A DNA stretch of 39,250 nt from a virus (taxonomy: Duplodnaviria > Caudoviricetes), in IMG/VR virus record IMGVR_UViG_3300020044_010916, positions 1 through 39,250 of that record. The stretch is one strand, 5' to 3'. Positions within the stretch are counted from its first letter, which is position 1, and every line of letters begins with the position of its first letter. Positions 1-7,925 of this stretch are shown here, piece by piece. Made by a program: the position numbers and the translations under genes. Under the pieces are notes generated by a model. That model saw only the letters and a program-made list of their open reading frames with translations. It was not told where the DNA came from and ran no database searches.

Positions 1-121
1 GTGCCCGAAAAATGGGCTTTTTATCGCATTTCCCCGAAATCAAATTTGGCCAAATGCTTTTTGATGAGCTGGGCGACATACTTGTTCGCGCTCCGATCTT
101 CCTGAGCTGCGAGAATCTTGA
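1..121. repeat. Terminal direct repeat, copy 1 (identical to 39130-39250)
   Basis: Exact 121-nt match between the start and end of the window; indicates circular closure, unit length 39129 bp. Confidence 0.97.
3..22 (+). terminator. Short hairpin with T-run, putative intrinsic terminator
   Basis: GCCC-GAAAAAT-GGGC followed by TTTTT, at the stop of ORF 21..542. Confidence 0.4.
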
Positions 122-542
122 GCTTATGTATGTCACTGCTTTTTAGCCTCATGATAAAGCTTACGTTGTCGTCTGCTTCCTCTGGTATCACTTTTGGATT
201 TGGCTGCGCCTTGGGCTTGTTCGCCACGTTCGCGGGCTTCTGCTCCTTTTCCTGAATTGCCTTCAAATTTGAATTCAGAATTGCCCTACTTTGGGGCGTT
301 CGCACGAAGCCAACAGGAGCCTTTGCCGCGTCTTCGATCACCTCAGGCGATGGGAAGGCATGTTTTGCTATATAATCGAGCGGAAGCAGTTCGATTTCCC
401 AGATCACACTTTTGCCCGTGCCACAAGATGTCAGATACCTTGTCAGATCCGCCCTGCTGAGTTCCTTGCTGCTCTTCTTCTCGCTTATGAAGTGCCGAAA
501 AGCTTTGTCTATGGCAGTCTTAGCCGATGCCGTTAGTTTCAT
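21..542 (-). CDS. Protein with C-terminal ribbon-helix-helix (Arc/HicB-like) DNA-binding domain
   Basis: C-terminus VSFIMRLKSSDIHKLKILAAQEDRSANKYVAQLIKKHL fits the RHH pattern; preceded by a Pro/Lys linker. Confidence 0.7.
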   Translation of the reverse strand: MKLTASAKTAIDKAFRHFISEKKSSKELSRADLTRYLTSCGTGKSVIWEIELLPLDYIAKHAFPSPEVIEDAAKAPVGFVRTPQSRAILNSNLKAIQEKEQKPANVANKPKAQPNPKVIPEEADDNVSFIMRLKSSDIHKLKILAAQEDRSANKYVAQLIKKHLAKFDFGEMR

Positions 543-933
543 TTTCTTGCTCCTTCTCCTGCAACGCTATAAGTATCTTTTTTGCTTTATCGTACTCAAT
601 ATATGCCGCATTGGCCAACTCGTTGGCCTTGTGGTAGCGCCCCATCGCTAAACCTGTGCGATATGCCGCCTCGGCTACCGTCGTAGGCTCTCCCGCTGCT
701 GCGAGAATCTTCTCCTTTGTCTTGCGGCTCACGAGCATTGCGGCAATGCTGACGTGCTCCGTGTCGTCGTGAAGGTCCACATAGAACTTCTTAATGACGC
801 CCTTATGCTTGTTCTCTACCTTCAAGATATCCACGTATTTATCGCAGGTAAATTGCCGCATTATCATGCGTTCGCCGTCGATAGGGTCTACCGAGTGGCC
901 CTCACATGAGAGCTTCCAAAGTAATAGTGCCAT
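520..933 (-). CDS. Hypothetical phage protein
   Basis: 137 aa, TAATG coupling to the upstream gene. Confidence 0.7.
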   Translation of the reverse strand: MALLLWKLSCEGHSVDPIDGERMIMRQFTCDKYVDILKVENKHKGVIKKFYVDLHDDTEHVSIAAMLVSRKTKEKILAAAGEPTTVAEAAYRTGLAMGRYHKANELANAAYIEYDKAKKILIALQEKEQENETNGIG

Positions 934-1181
934 TATTCACCTTCCGTCATCTCTTTTAATTGGTTTACAATCTGCTTTAGTTCGTCGTTGGCTGCTTTTA
1001 TCTTGGATATTCTCTCGCTAATATCCCTGTTTATCTGGTCGTATACCGGCCAATTATATTCATGAAGTTCATGCATTTTCTGTACTTCGAGGCTTCCGCA
1101 TTCGTTGAGACAAGTATTTATCTCTGATTTAATGATTGACATTTCTTTAACGCAATCAATAGCGCGTAATGTTTTGGTCAT
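933..1181 (-). CDS. Hypothetical coiled-coil protein
   Basis: 82 aa, ATGA overlap, GGAGG SD. Confidence 0.7.
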   Translation of the reverse strand: MTKTLRAIDCVKEMSIIKSEINTCLNECGSLEVQKMHELHEYNWPVYDQINRDISERISKIKAANDELKQIVNQLKEMTEGE

Positions 1182-1489
1182 TCTGCCTCCTCTATTTCTT
1201 CGTAATCAAACCATTTAACGAAAAGCTTGCCGACAAGTTCTTCTGCTCGAAAGTTTATGTATTTTTCGGTATAGATTCTCAAATACTTGCTGTGTCCGTT
1301 CGTGCCTTTTTCAAAATAAAGCTCTCTCCAATAGTTATTGACTCGCTTTACAAACCTATAGTTAGATACCGGCTGATTGTTGTAAAACTTTTTTTGTCTG
1401 CTCTCTTCTTCAACAAGTTGGAGGATATTATCGCCTTCGCAAATATCAAACATCTCACCGAAAAGGTTATCCCTGACGAAATAGCGCAT
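1178..1489 (-). CDS. Hypothetical phage protein
   Basis: 103 aa, aromatic-rich, coupled at both ends. Confidence 0.7.
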   Translation of the reverse strand: MRYFVRDNLFGEMFDICEGDNILQLVEEESRQKKFYNNQPVSNYRFVKRVNNYWRELYFEKGTNGHSKYLRIYTEKYINFRAEELVGKLFVKWFDYEEIEEAE

Positions 1490-1557
1490 TACTCCGCCGT
1501 AAAGTTGGGGTGGAAAGCATGGAAAAGAACGGATTTAGCAGCAGGTGAGTTATTCAT
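1489..1557 (-). CDS. 22-aa leader micropeptide MNNSPAAKSVLFHAFHPNFTAE
   Basis: GGGAGA SD upstream of ATG; stop overlaps next start (TAATG); absent from the ORF track. Confidence 0.5.
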   Translation of the reverse strand: MNNSPAAKSVLFHAFHPNFTAE

Positions 1558-1601
1558 TGTTGTTGTCTCCCATGGTGTTCTGTCGTACTTCCATGAGAGA
1601 C

Positions 1602-1655
1602 TTATTACACATATTTATAATTATGGCAAGTAAATTTTAGAGAATAAATAAAAGT
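1602..1655 (-). promoter_or_regulatory. Putative sigma70-type promoter
   Basis: TTGCCA (1629-1624), 16 nt, TAATAA; AT-rich upstream tract; lies in an intergenic gap. Confidence 0.45.
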
Positions 1656-1659
1656 CTGG

Positions 1660-1989
1660 TCATTCGCCTAGTTTGACAACGGTCTTGCAACGTCTGGTTG
1701 CTTCATCCAGGGCTTCGGCGAGATGGTCAGAGCCTCCAGCTTGCTCGACAAAGCGAAGCATGGAGTCATCTGGAAGCGTGATCACGCCTCGGTCAAAAAT
1801 TTTAGATCTCCGCATTTCGCTTAGGTCTTCGAGGGTCAACTCTCTAGTCAGAGCAAATTGATGGGTTGCAATCGTCTCATTTGGAACAATCGTTCCGCTT
1901 GTTGATCGATACCATTCTGCAAGAGGATGCCAGCCCGCTTGTTTTCTCGCTTCCCTGCGCCTTCGCTTCGCTTCGCTGGGTTTACTCAT
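1660..1989 (-). CDS. Hypothetical protein with basic N-terminus
   Basis: 109 aa, ATGA overlap. Confidence 0.65.
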   Translation of the reverse strand: MSKPSEAKRRRREARKQAGWHPLAEWYRSTSGTIVPNETIATHQFALTRELTLEDLSEMRRSKIFDRGVITLPDDSMLRFVEQAGGSDHLAEALDEATRRCKTVVKLGE

Positions 1990-2204
1990 GGCATCCCCCT
2001 TACGGTCCAGACAAGCGCCTCTTGGAGCCCCCTGAGGGCATGGACTCGTTCGTCGCTGTATTCACCCGGAAGAAGCGCGCAGACTGTTATAGCGGCAAAT
2101 TTAATCGCATTGCGCATCAGCTTCAGCTCTTCAAGGTCTGGACCAGTTTCTCGATCTTTCATCCAGGTTTCAAAACTTTCCAGGTCTTTTTCTGCTTCGG
2201 TCAT
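1986..2204 (-). CDS. Divergent Acb2/Tad1-like helical-hairpin protein (candidate anti-defence)
   Basis: LLPGEYSDERVHALRGLQEALVW resembles the P-x-S-R-E-x-S-L-A-x-T-x-L-E-E-A-x-M-W pattern. Confidence 0.5.
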   Translation of the reverse strand: MTEAEKDLESFETWMKDRETGPDLEELKLMRNAIKFAAITVCALLPGEYSDERVHALRGLQEALVWTVRGMP

Positions 2205-2524
2205 TTTTCGCCCTCCACTATCTCTCTCAGAATCTGAGCGAGTGCCTCAGAAAAGCCCTTATGCTTGTCGCTGTTGCGCATCGCTTCGTGCCACTCCCGG
2301 ATTTCGTCGATAAATGGGTAAGCTATGCTTGTCTCTCCAAGGTGTTCCTTCAACCTTGCCGTGATTCCCTCCTCCATTCCCAACAACACAAGCACTTTAA
2401 TTTGCAAATGCGCTTTGGCGTATCTTTTGGGAATCTGGTTCGTGATAAAAGCAGATGTTTGCTTTGTGAGTTTGTTAACAAAGACTTCAAAATCATCGAT
2501 TTCTTTTAACAGAAGTTCTCTCAT
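2201..2524 (-). CDS. Hypothetical phage protein
   Basis: 107 aa, in operon. Confidence 0.7.
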   Translation of the reverse strand: MRELLLKEIDDFEVFVNKLTKQTSAFITNQIPKRYAKAHLQIKVLVLLGMEEGITARLKEHLGETSIAYPFIDEIREWHEAMRNSDKHKGFSEALAQILREIVEGEK

Positions 2525-2530
2525 TCTTTT

Positions 2531-2629
2531 TTATCCTTTTTTATCCTTTATTTGCAGATAGAAGCATGCCAAAAGAGCGAAGAGACTAATTCCATACAAC
2601 AAAACTTCTTTAGTGTTTGCGTCCATCAT
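2531..2629 (-). CDS. 32-aa single-TM peptide MMDANTKEVLLYGISLFALLACFYLQIKDKKG
   Basis: Fills the operon gap, start overlaps the upstream TGA, hydrophobic core with basic tail; translated by hand. Confidence 0.6.
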   Translation of the reverse strand: MMDANTKEVLLYGISLFALLACFYLQIKDKKG

Positions 2630-2838
2630 CGCCCCTTTAAAACCGCTTTAATGCGCGGAATATCAACCAACGCCCGCTCTCTTTGCCGCAAAAGAGAGCA
2701 GTATTTTATCCGAGCTTCGTTTATCTCGTCAACCAACTTTTGCATCTCTTTGTCTGCAAAGGGCACATACATTTCAAGATTGACGAGCGTCTTTTCCAGC
2801 TCGTCCGTAGGCCATAGGTCGTAACGGCCTGGGGGCAT
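2626..2838 (-). CDS. Hypothetical phage protein
   Basis: 70 aa, TAATG coupling with bet. Confidence 0.65.
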   Translation of the reverse strand: MPPGRYDLWPTDELEKTLVNLEMYVPFADKEMQKLVDEINEARIKYCSLLRQRERALVDIPRIKAVLKGR

Positions 2839-3701
2839 TATTCGCCCCCAAATTCTGCGGCTTGTTGAATGTAGTGGTAGATATGTGTGTTAAGATTCTC
2901 CATCGGAATTCCTACTGCAATTTTCGACAATTCAACCATCTGAGCCTTGTCAGTCACGCCATTATCTAGGCAAATCTTTTGCAATTGGCGCTTTTGCGGG
3001 GGAGTCTCTGTGTAGATTTCGGGCTCTCTCGCGGCTGGGAGAGCTTCTAGGGCAGGAGAAGTTGCACGCCCTTCCGTGCCACTCCATACGTTCTCCTCTT
3101 CCACTTCGGCCTGCTGCATCTCCTCGGCGATATAGAGCTGGCTGGTGTCGTTGGGGCAAGCTTTGCGCAGGGCAAGGGCTTCTCCGCATTTTGCCAAAAG
3201 AACTTCTGGCATTTTAGCCCATAAACCCGAAGGCTTTCCATCGTAGAATTGGCAATAAGTTTTGTATAACGCGATTGCATAAAGAGGCTCCGGGAATCCT
3301 TCCACATACACGCCGACTTTTGCAGCGACGGGAGGGGTGCTTGCGAGCCATAGCTCTTTCCAAACCCCATCTGCACCGCAATAGAGCGGTAGCGTCTGGC
3401 CACGGTATTTACCGCCCCTCTGCGCAAGCACGCGCAGGCCATCAATTCCCGTCTGAATGGTCATGGTTTCGCCCCATGTGCCATTCGTGTTTTTGGACTT
3501 TCGTTTGATTGCATAAATTTGTTTTGAAAAAGGGTCGAGCCCGGTTTTTTTGCAGACCTGAACGAATAAGCCAAGCTCTTCATTCGTGCAATTCTTGGCT
3601 ATTTGAGACTTGATAATCTCAAGTTGCTCTTCGTTAAATGGCGAGACTTGGACGGCCATTTTTGAGGGATTGCCAATATTAACGAGCTGTTGTTCTGTCA
3701 T
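2838..3701 (-). CDS. bet: Phage single-strand annealing recombinase (Bet/RecT family)
   Basis: ELGLFVQVCKKTGLDPFSKQIYAI, TIQTGIDGLRVLAQR, WAKMPEVLLAKCGEALALRKA motifs. Confidence 0.92.
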   Translation of the reverse strand: MTEQQLVNIGNPSKMAVQVSPFNEEQLEIIKSQIAKNCTNEELGLFVQVCKKTGLDPFSKQIYAIKRKSKNTNGTWGETMTIQTGIDGLRVLAQRGGKYRGQTLPLYCGADGVWKELWLASTPPVAAKVGVYVEGFPEPLYAIALYKTYCQFYDGKPSGLWAKMPEVLLAKCGEALALRKACPNDTSQLYIAEEMQQAEVEEENVWSGTEGRATSPALEALPAAREPEIYTETPPQKRQLQKICLDNGVTDKAQMVELSKIAVGIPMENLNTHIYHYIQQAAEFGGE

Positions 3702-4366
3702 ACATTCCTCATCTTCAAGTGTGTCGATTTAGGCATTAACCTAGCTACATCTGTAGCAAAGTCTTGCTCATCTGTCATTTCAATGGGGGGATAATTTGGG
3801 GCAACATCCCATAGATTATTCTCATCAAATATCAGCATCAAGCGCCCGTCCCGCATATCTTTCGCGTATCTTTTGGTGTCGAAATGAAACACGGTCATCT
3901 TGGTAATGTATGCGGGGTCCACTTTCGCAACATCCACAGGGTCGATAATGTCGGTTAATTTCTGCAATCCTACCACCCACTTTACCGAGCGTTGACCGCC
4001 CTTTTCGATGCAAAATCTGCAATAGGTCCCGCTGATTTTAGGGGTCTCTGCAAAGGTCATTTCTTGGTACGTGCGTTCGCGTACCGAGTCGACAATCTTC
4101 TCAAGCCTGCCCTGACGCTCAGATATGGAATCGCGCATTTCGGAAAGTTGCAGGAGTGCATTTTCGCAAGTTTTAATGAGCCCCCATCGTCTATCCACGC
4201 TATCAACGATAGCCTCTTCTGTGCCTTTAAGAGCAGGTAAAAGGTCATCGGGTATTACTCCCTCGTTGTTCTCTGCAAACTCCAAAATGGACGCGAGTTG
4301 CATCAAGGATTCATGCAGGGGAATTCTTTTTACTGGAACTACTTCCAATTTTGTTTTTGGTGCCAT
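3698..4366 (-). CDS. Gp157/Mu-Gam-like coiled-coil protein
   Basis: Long helical N-half, RLEKIVDSVRERTYQEM...KISG; located upstream of bet. Confidence 0.55.
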   Translation of the reverse strand: MAPKTKLEVVPVKRIPLHESLMQLASILEFAENNEGVIPDDLLPALKGTEEAIVDSVDRRWGLIKTCENALLQLSEMRDSISERQGRLEKIVDSVRERTYQEMTFAETPKISGTYCRFCIEKGGQRSVKWVVGLQKLTDIIDPVDVAKVDPAYITKMTVFHFDTKRYAKDMRDGRLMLIFDENNLWDVAPNYPPIEMTDEQDFATDVARLMPKSTHLKMRNV

Positions 4367-4511
4367 TTGGGCTCCTCTTTTTAACGTAACTGGTGACGTA
4401 GGCTCCGAGCTTTGTCGAAACCGTCTCGCCTTCTTTAAGTAACAACTGTCTAAACTTCCGATATGTTGCCTCGTCTACGCCCACGCGCATAACGGTGCTC
4501 TTTTCTTGCAT
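4311..4511 (-). CDS. Small ribbon-helix-helix (CopG/Arc-like) regulator
   Basis: MQEKSTVMRVGVDEATYRKFRQLLLKEGETVSTKLGAYVTSYVK; GGAGG SD 9 nt upstream of ATG 4511. Confidence 0.65.
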   Translation of the reverse strand: MQEKSTVMRVGVDEATYRKFRQLLLKEGETVSTKLGAYVTSYVKKRSPNGTKNKIGSSSSKKNSPA

Positions 4512-4541
4512 TCCTTTGAACCTCCACATATAATCCGGTGT

Positions 4542-4596
4542 CACTGTAACATTGTAACTTGTTACAGTGGATAGCTCGCATATTCAAACCTGTCAA
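4542..4596 (-). promoter_or_regulatory. Leftward promoter with palindromic operator
   Basis: TTGACA(4596-4591)-17 nt-TATCCA; perfect 10-bp inverted repeat CACTGTAACA/TGTTACAGTG at 4542-4569. Confidence 0.6.
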
Positions 4597-4609
4597 GAGG
4601 ATCTAAAAA

Positions 4610-6121
4610 ATGAGTCTTGCTGATAAAAAAGGCGTCTGGATTTGGGAACTGGCGAAACTTCCACGCAACTATTTAGAGCTTTTGAAAAGGAGCGGGGTGC
4701 AGAGGGTCTTTCTCAAAACTTACGACGGCAAAAGCGCGGGCGATGGGATTTGGCGCTTTCAAGCAACGGCTGTCATTGTGGACAGTTTCAAAAAAGCGGG
4801 CATTGAAGTCTGGGCTTGGGGATACCATTACGGTGAGTCTGTTACGGAAGATTTCGAGGCTGTTAAATTTGCCAAGGCCATTGGCTGCGTTGGATATGTG
4901 CTTGATGTGGAGCAAGAATTTAAAGCAAAAAGCACCCACGCAAACCTTGAAGCTCTCCTCGAGCGTTGCACTCTAGAAATTCGAAACCCTGATTTCTTTT
5001 TGGGCTTTACCTCCTTTGGACACTGCGGCTTCCACTCCGAAATCCCTTGGTCGTTACTTTATCGCTTCTGCGATGTTTCGTTACCTCAGATTTATTACGA
5101 AAAGTTTGGCTTTGGGACAGATGCCCAAGAGATTAAGGAATGCATAGAATCCAATAAGAAATTTAGCGGTACTACACCCATTTGGCCCATCTTCGGGAGT
5201 GAGAGCGATACCGTAAAACCGGCTACGGTTGCATCTCTTCAAGAATCCCTGAACGCACATCCATCCGCCTCGATTTGGAGACTTCCAAACGCAGGGGAAA
5301 GGGGCCATGCATTCAGCCTCGTTTATGGCAAGACTTCAACGCCTGTGCCAACGCCACCGACTAAACCAGAGGTCTACATCCCCACAAAACCACTCTCTGA
5401 AGAATTGTCCTTTGGCCGAGAAGGCGAGATGGTTGCAGAGCTGCAAAAGGCTGTCTCTTCGCGTGGGCTCAAATGTGCAATTGATGGCAGCTTTGGCAGA
5501 GAAACCAAAGAGGCTGTCATGATGCACCAGAGACTAAAAAACCTCGATGTTGATGGCGTAGTAGGAAAATTTACTTGGGAATCCTTGGGTGGAAAATGGA
5601 TTACAGCGCCCGTGCCGAGCGGAAACGAAAAGCGCCTGCTCATGGCGGCTATCGCGAAAGAAGTCGCCCTTAATCATTACGAACTCCACAGCAAAGATTC
5701 ATTTGTTTGGAAAGAAATGGTTGCGCCGCTTGTACCTGCAATGAAGAAATTAGGGCATATCGGCGATGCCTACTTATTTGTCAACTGGTGTAGTGCTTAC
5801 GTAACCTACGTGGCGCGGCGAGCTGGTTACATAATCCCTGACATTCCCCCCGGCTTCTGGGCTTCTATGGCGCTTGTGGAGGCCTATGTTTTCTGGGCAA
5901 AGCAGAACGGAACTTGGAGAGAGAAACGGGAATTCAATCCGACCAAGGGCACAATTTGGATCGCCGATTGGGACGGGGACAAGATCGGCGATCACATTGG
6001 GATCGTTGACAGCTACGTGCCCGGTCAATCTACCTTCGTTTCAATAGAAGGTAACAAGTCAAACGTTTCCGGCGTTTTCACTCGCAATCTTTCGAATGTG
6101 AGGGGCTGGATTCAGCTTTAA
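4610..6121 (+). CDS. Modular endolysin: glycoside-hydrolase-like TIM barrel + peptidoglycan-binding domain + CHAP
   Basis: GVWIW...VFLK...DG...LDVE N-domain; VAELQKA...IDGSFGRETKEAV...DGVVGKFTW; CHAP motifs WCSAYV, DHIGIV, IEGN. Confidence 0.85.
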   Translation: MSLADKKGVWIWELAKLPRNYLELLKRSGVQRVFLKTYDGKSAGDGIWRFQATAVIVDSFKKAGIEVWAWGYHYGESVTEDFEAVKFAKAIGCVGYVLDVEQEFKAKSTHANLEALLERCTLEIRNPDFFLGFTSFGHCGFHSEIPWSLLYRFCDVSLPQIYYEKFGFGTDAQEIKECIESNKKFSGTTPIWPIFGSESDTVKPATVASLQESLNAHPSASIWRLPNAGERGHAFSLVYGKTSTPVPTPPTKPEVYIPTKPLSEELSFGREGEMVAELQKAVSSRGLKCAIDGSFGRETKEAVMMHQRLKNLDVDGVVGKFTWESLGGKWITAPVPSGNEKRLLMAAIAKEVALNHYELHSKDSFVWKEMVAPLVPAMKKLGHIGDAYLFVNWCSAYVTYVARRAGYIIPDIPPGFWASMALVEAYVFWAKQNGTWREKREFNPTKGTIWIADWDGDKIGDHIGIVDSYVPGQSTFVSIEGNKSNVSGVFTRNLSNVRGWIQL

Positions 6122-6369
6122 GCCTTCAACCCTTCGATAAGGGCAATCGTCACTTCTTGCGCTTCCACGAGGTCAAGGTCTTGAACTTCGGTAGGGAGGG
6201 CATTGAAATCAACCCCAACAAGCCCTTGCGCAACGCCGATAAGTTCGGATGCAATGGGGATAAGGTCCCAGAGTGAGCCCTTCTTGCCTAAAAGCTTCTT
6301 CACTACGCCAACAACTTTACCCGAAGTAAAAGCCACTTTCTTCAAATTAACGACGCCAACGCTAGACAT
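6118..6369 (-). CDS. Small lysis-region protein, amphipathic
   Basis: Start at MSSVGVV with TAGGAG SD; 83 aa ending EVQDLDLVEAQEV. Confidence 0.65.
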   Translation of the reverse strand: MSSVGVVNLKKVAFTSGKVVGVVKKLLGKKGSLWDLIPIASELIGVAQGLVGVDFNALPTEVQDLDLVEAQEVTIALIEGLKA

Positions 6370-6496
6370 ATAGACTCCTATTGTGTTGTTTGGAACCTCT
6401 ATATTTTGGCATGGATTTGTGGGTTTTCGATGGGTTTGCGAGTTTGACGTATGGTAAGAAATCGCGTTACCTTCAAAGCACATGAGGTAACAAAAA

Positions 6497-6832
6497 ATGA
6501 TTCACGTTGAATTCGCGCCCGACATCATCGTGTCTTTTTCCGATGCCGAAAAAGCAAAGAAATTCATCTCTGGCTACATGTTTGCACGCAGATTTCGCAC
6601 ATTTGACCCACTCTCGGGCAAGGCCAATGACTACTATTGCAGGGGAGCTGAATTTTGGGTTAAATTGTTCAAATTCTCTATATTTTGGGGAATAGATGAC
6701 AACCAAATGTGGCCGTTTGTTTACGACCAGGGCGAGGATAAGCACGCTACGCGCATGAATCGCCAGATCGGACGCTTTAACGTATTGCCGCCGTCGCGAG
6801 AGGAATCAAAGCGCGAGAATGATGCAGACTGA
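6497..6832 (+). CDS. Hypothetical protein
   Basis: GAGG SD, 111 aa, divergent from the 6369 gene. Confidence 0.6.
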   Translation: MIHVEFAPDIIVSFSDAEKAKKFISGYMFARRFRTFDPLSGKANDYYCRGAEFWVKLFKFSIFWGIDDNQMWPFVYDQGEDKHATRMNRQIGRFNVLPPSREESKRENDAD

Positions 6833-7370
6833 CGTACTCCGTGACTCGCTGCGCAATCGCCTTCCCCAGAGCGGGAATTCGTGCTGCATAAAGCGACGAA
6901 TTGGGGCCATTCAAGCTAAACGGCTCAATTCGAATTGCTGTAGAATCAGGCAATGAGAGTAGAGGCTCCGAAGAGGTCAATAGCTGCGTTTTTGCGTGGT
7001 CGCCATGGGTTACTATCCCCCATCGCGAAACTGCCGTCTCTAATTCTGCGATCAGAGGGTGGGAGGGGTCGAGCTGCGATGTTAATGCTGAACAATTGCG
7101 CTTTGTCTTCGCCTGCCAGCCTAAATTCAGGGAAAGTAACAAGCATCCAGCGGGAACATGCAGGTGGCGATCAGCGATTGGGATGCCTGGCCGTCTGCGT
7201 ACAGGCAGGATTTCAGTCCGAACTCTAGACAGCTCGAGGCACTCTAATAATTCTTCCGTAAGGGACAGTAGGATATCCCACTCACACAGCACGCCCATGC
7301 TGTTTCCGAAATCAAATCCCACACCATCCGCCCCGTGTCCGGGGTCTATTACCACCCTGTCAATGCTCAC
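6777..7370 (-). CDS. N-acetylmuramoyl-L-alanine amidase (Amidase_3)-like protein, possibly inactive
   Basis: VVIDPGHG, downstream E, AIRIEP; the SxH motif reads SLN. Confidence 0.75.
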   Translation of the reverse strand: MSIDRVVIDPGHGADGVGFDFGNSMGVLCEWDILLSLTEELLECLELSRVRTEILPVRRRPGIPIADRHLHVPAGCLLLSLNLGWQAKTKRNCSALTSQLDPSHPLIAELETAVSRWGIVTHGDHAKTQLLTSSEPLLSLPDSTAIRIEPFSLNGPNSSLYAARIPALGKAIAQRVTEYVSLHHSRALIPLATAAIR

Positions 7371-7373
7371 CTG

Positions 7374-7562
7374 TTACCTCTTTTGATTTGTCATACGGCT
7401 TTCAATTGAGTCGATTTTCTTCTCATGCACGCCAACGCGCTCAATGATTACCGATAATTTCATATTAACTTCATTGACAGAGTAAGCCAGAAATCCCAAA
7501 AAGCCAAAAAACATGCTCACAGAACAACTGATGAGCATTCCTAGAAAGCTTTGAAATTTCAT
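7374..7562 (-). CDS. Holin/XhlA-like single-TM coiled-coil protein
   Basis: FLGMLISCSVSMFFGFLGFLAY TM followed by coiled coil; directly upstream of the amidase; alternative ATG at 7577. Confidence 0.55.
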   Translation of the reverse strand: MKFQSFLGMLISCSVSMFFGFLGFLAYSVNEVNMKLSVIIERVGVHEKKIDSIESRMTNQKR

Positions 7563-7578
7563 CTCGTCGTCCTCCATG

Positions 7579-7911
7579 TTACTTTTCGACTGCCGCAACG
7601 GGCAGTGTTGCGGCCCTTGCGGCAGTCATTAAAGAGCCATTATGGACCGTCAAACGTGTTCTTTCTGCAAGTTTTGCAAGGTGGCGCGGCCTTTTTGATG
7701 CTATGTCAAGAAATGTTGCAAGCATCGCTGGACAATCTGTCACCTTAATTTCAAGCTTATCAGCGGATGATTTTGCACGCTCTGCTGTCGAAAGGTCCAC
7801 GCTAAGCGATAATAAAACCTGCGCAAAATGCGATTCTGCTTCGTCGCATTTTTGCAGGAATCTGTTTTCCTGCTCTCCTGCCAGTTCTGCTATTTTCTGA
7901 TATATTCCCAT
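7579..7911 (-). CDS. Hypothetical protein after tail fibre
   Basis: 110 aa, AGGG SD, in operon. Confidence 0.6.
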   Translation of the reverse strand: MGIYQKIAELAGEQENRFLQKCDEAESHFAQVLLSLSVDLSTAERAKSSADKLEIKVTDCPAMLATFLDIASKRPRHLAKLAERTRLTVHNGSLMTAARAATLPVAAVEK

Positions 7912-7925
7912 GAATTCCCTTTCTT

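Noticed and set aside
1169-1633. 154-aa plus-strand hydrophobic ORF
   Set aside because: Antisense to coupled minus-strand genes and lacks a clear SD
6473-6745. ORF starting MLIL as a phage CsrA homolog
   Set aside because: No further CsrA motifs; it is antisense to the better-supported 6497..6832 gene
7560-7577. Holin/antiholin dual start (MEDDE-MKF)
   Set aside because: Only the second ATG has a clear SD, and the extension is acidic rather than the basic one of the lambda S paradigm
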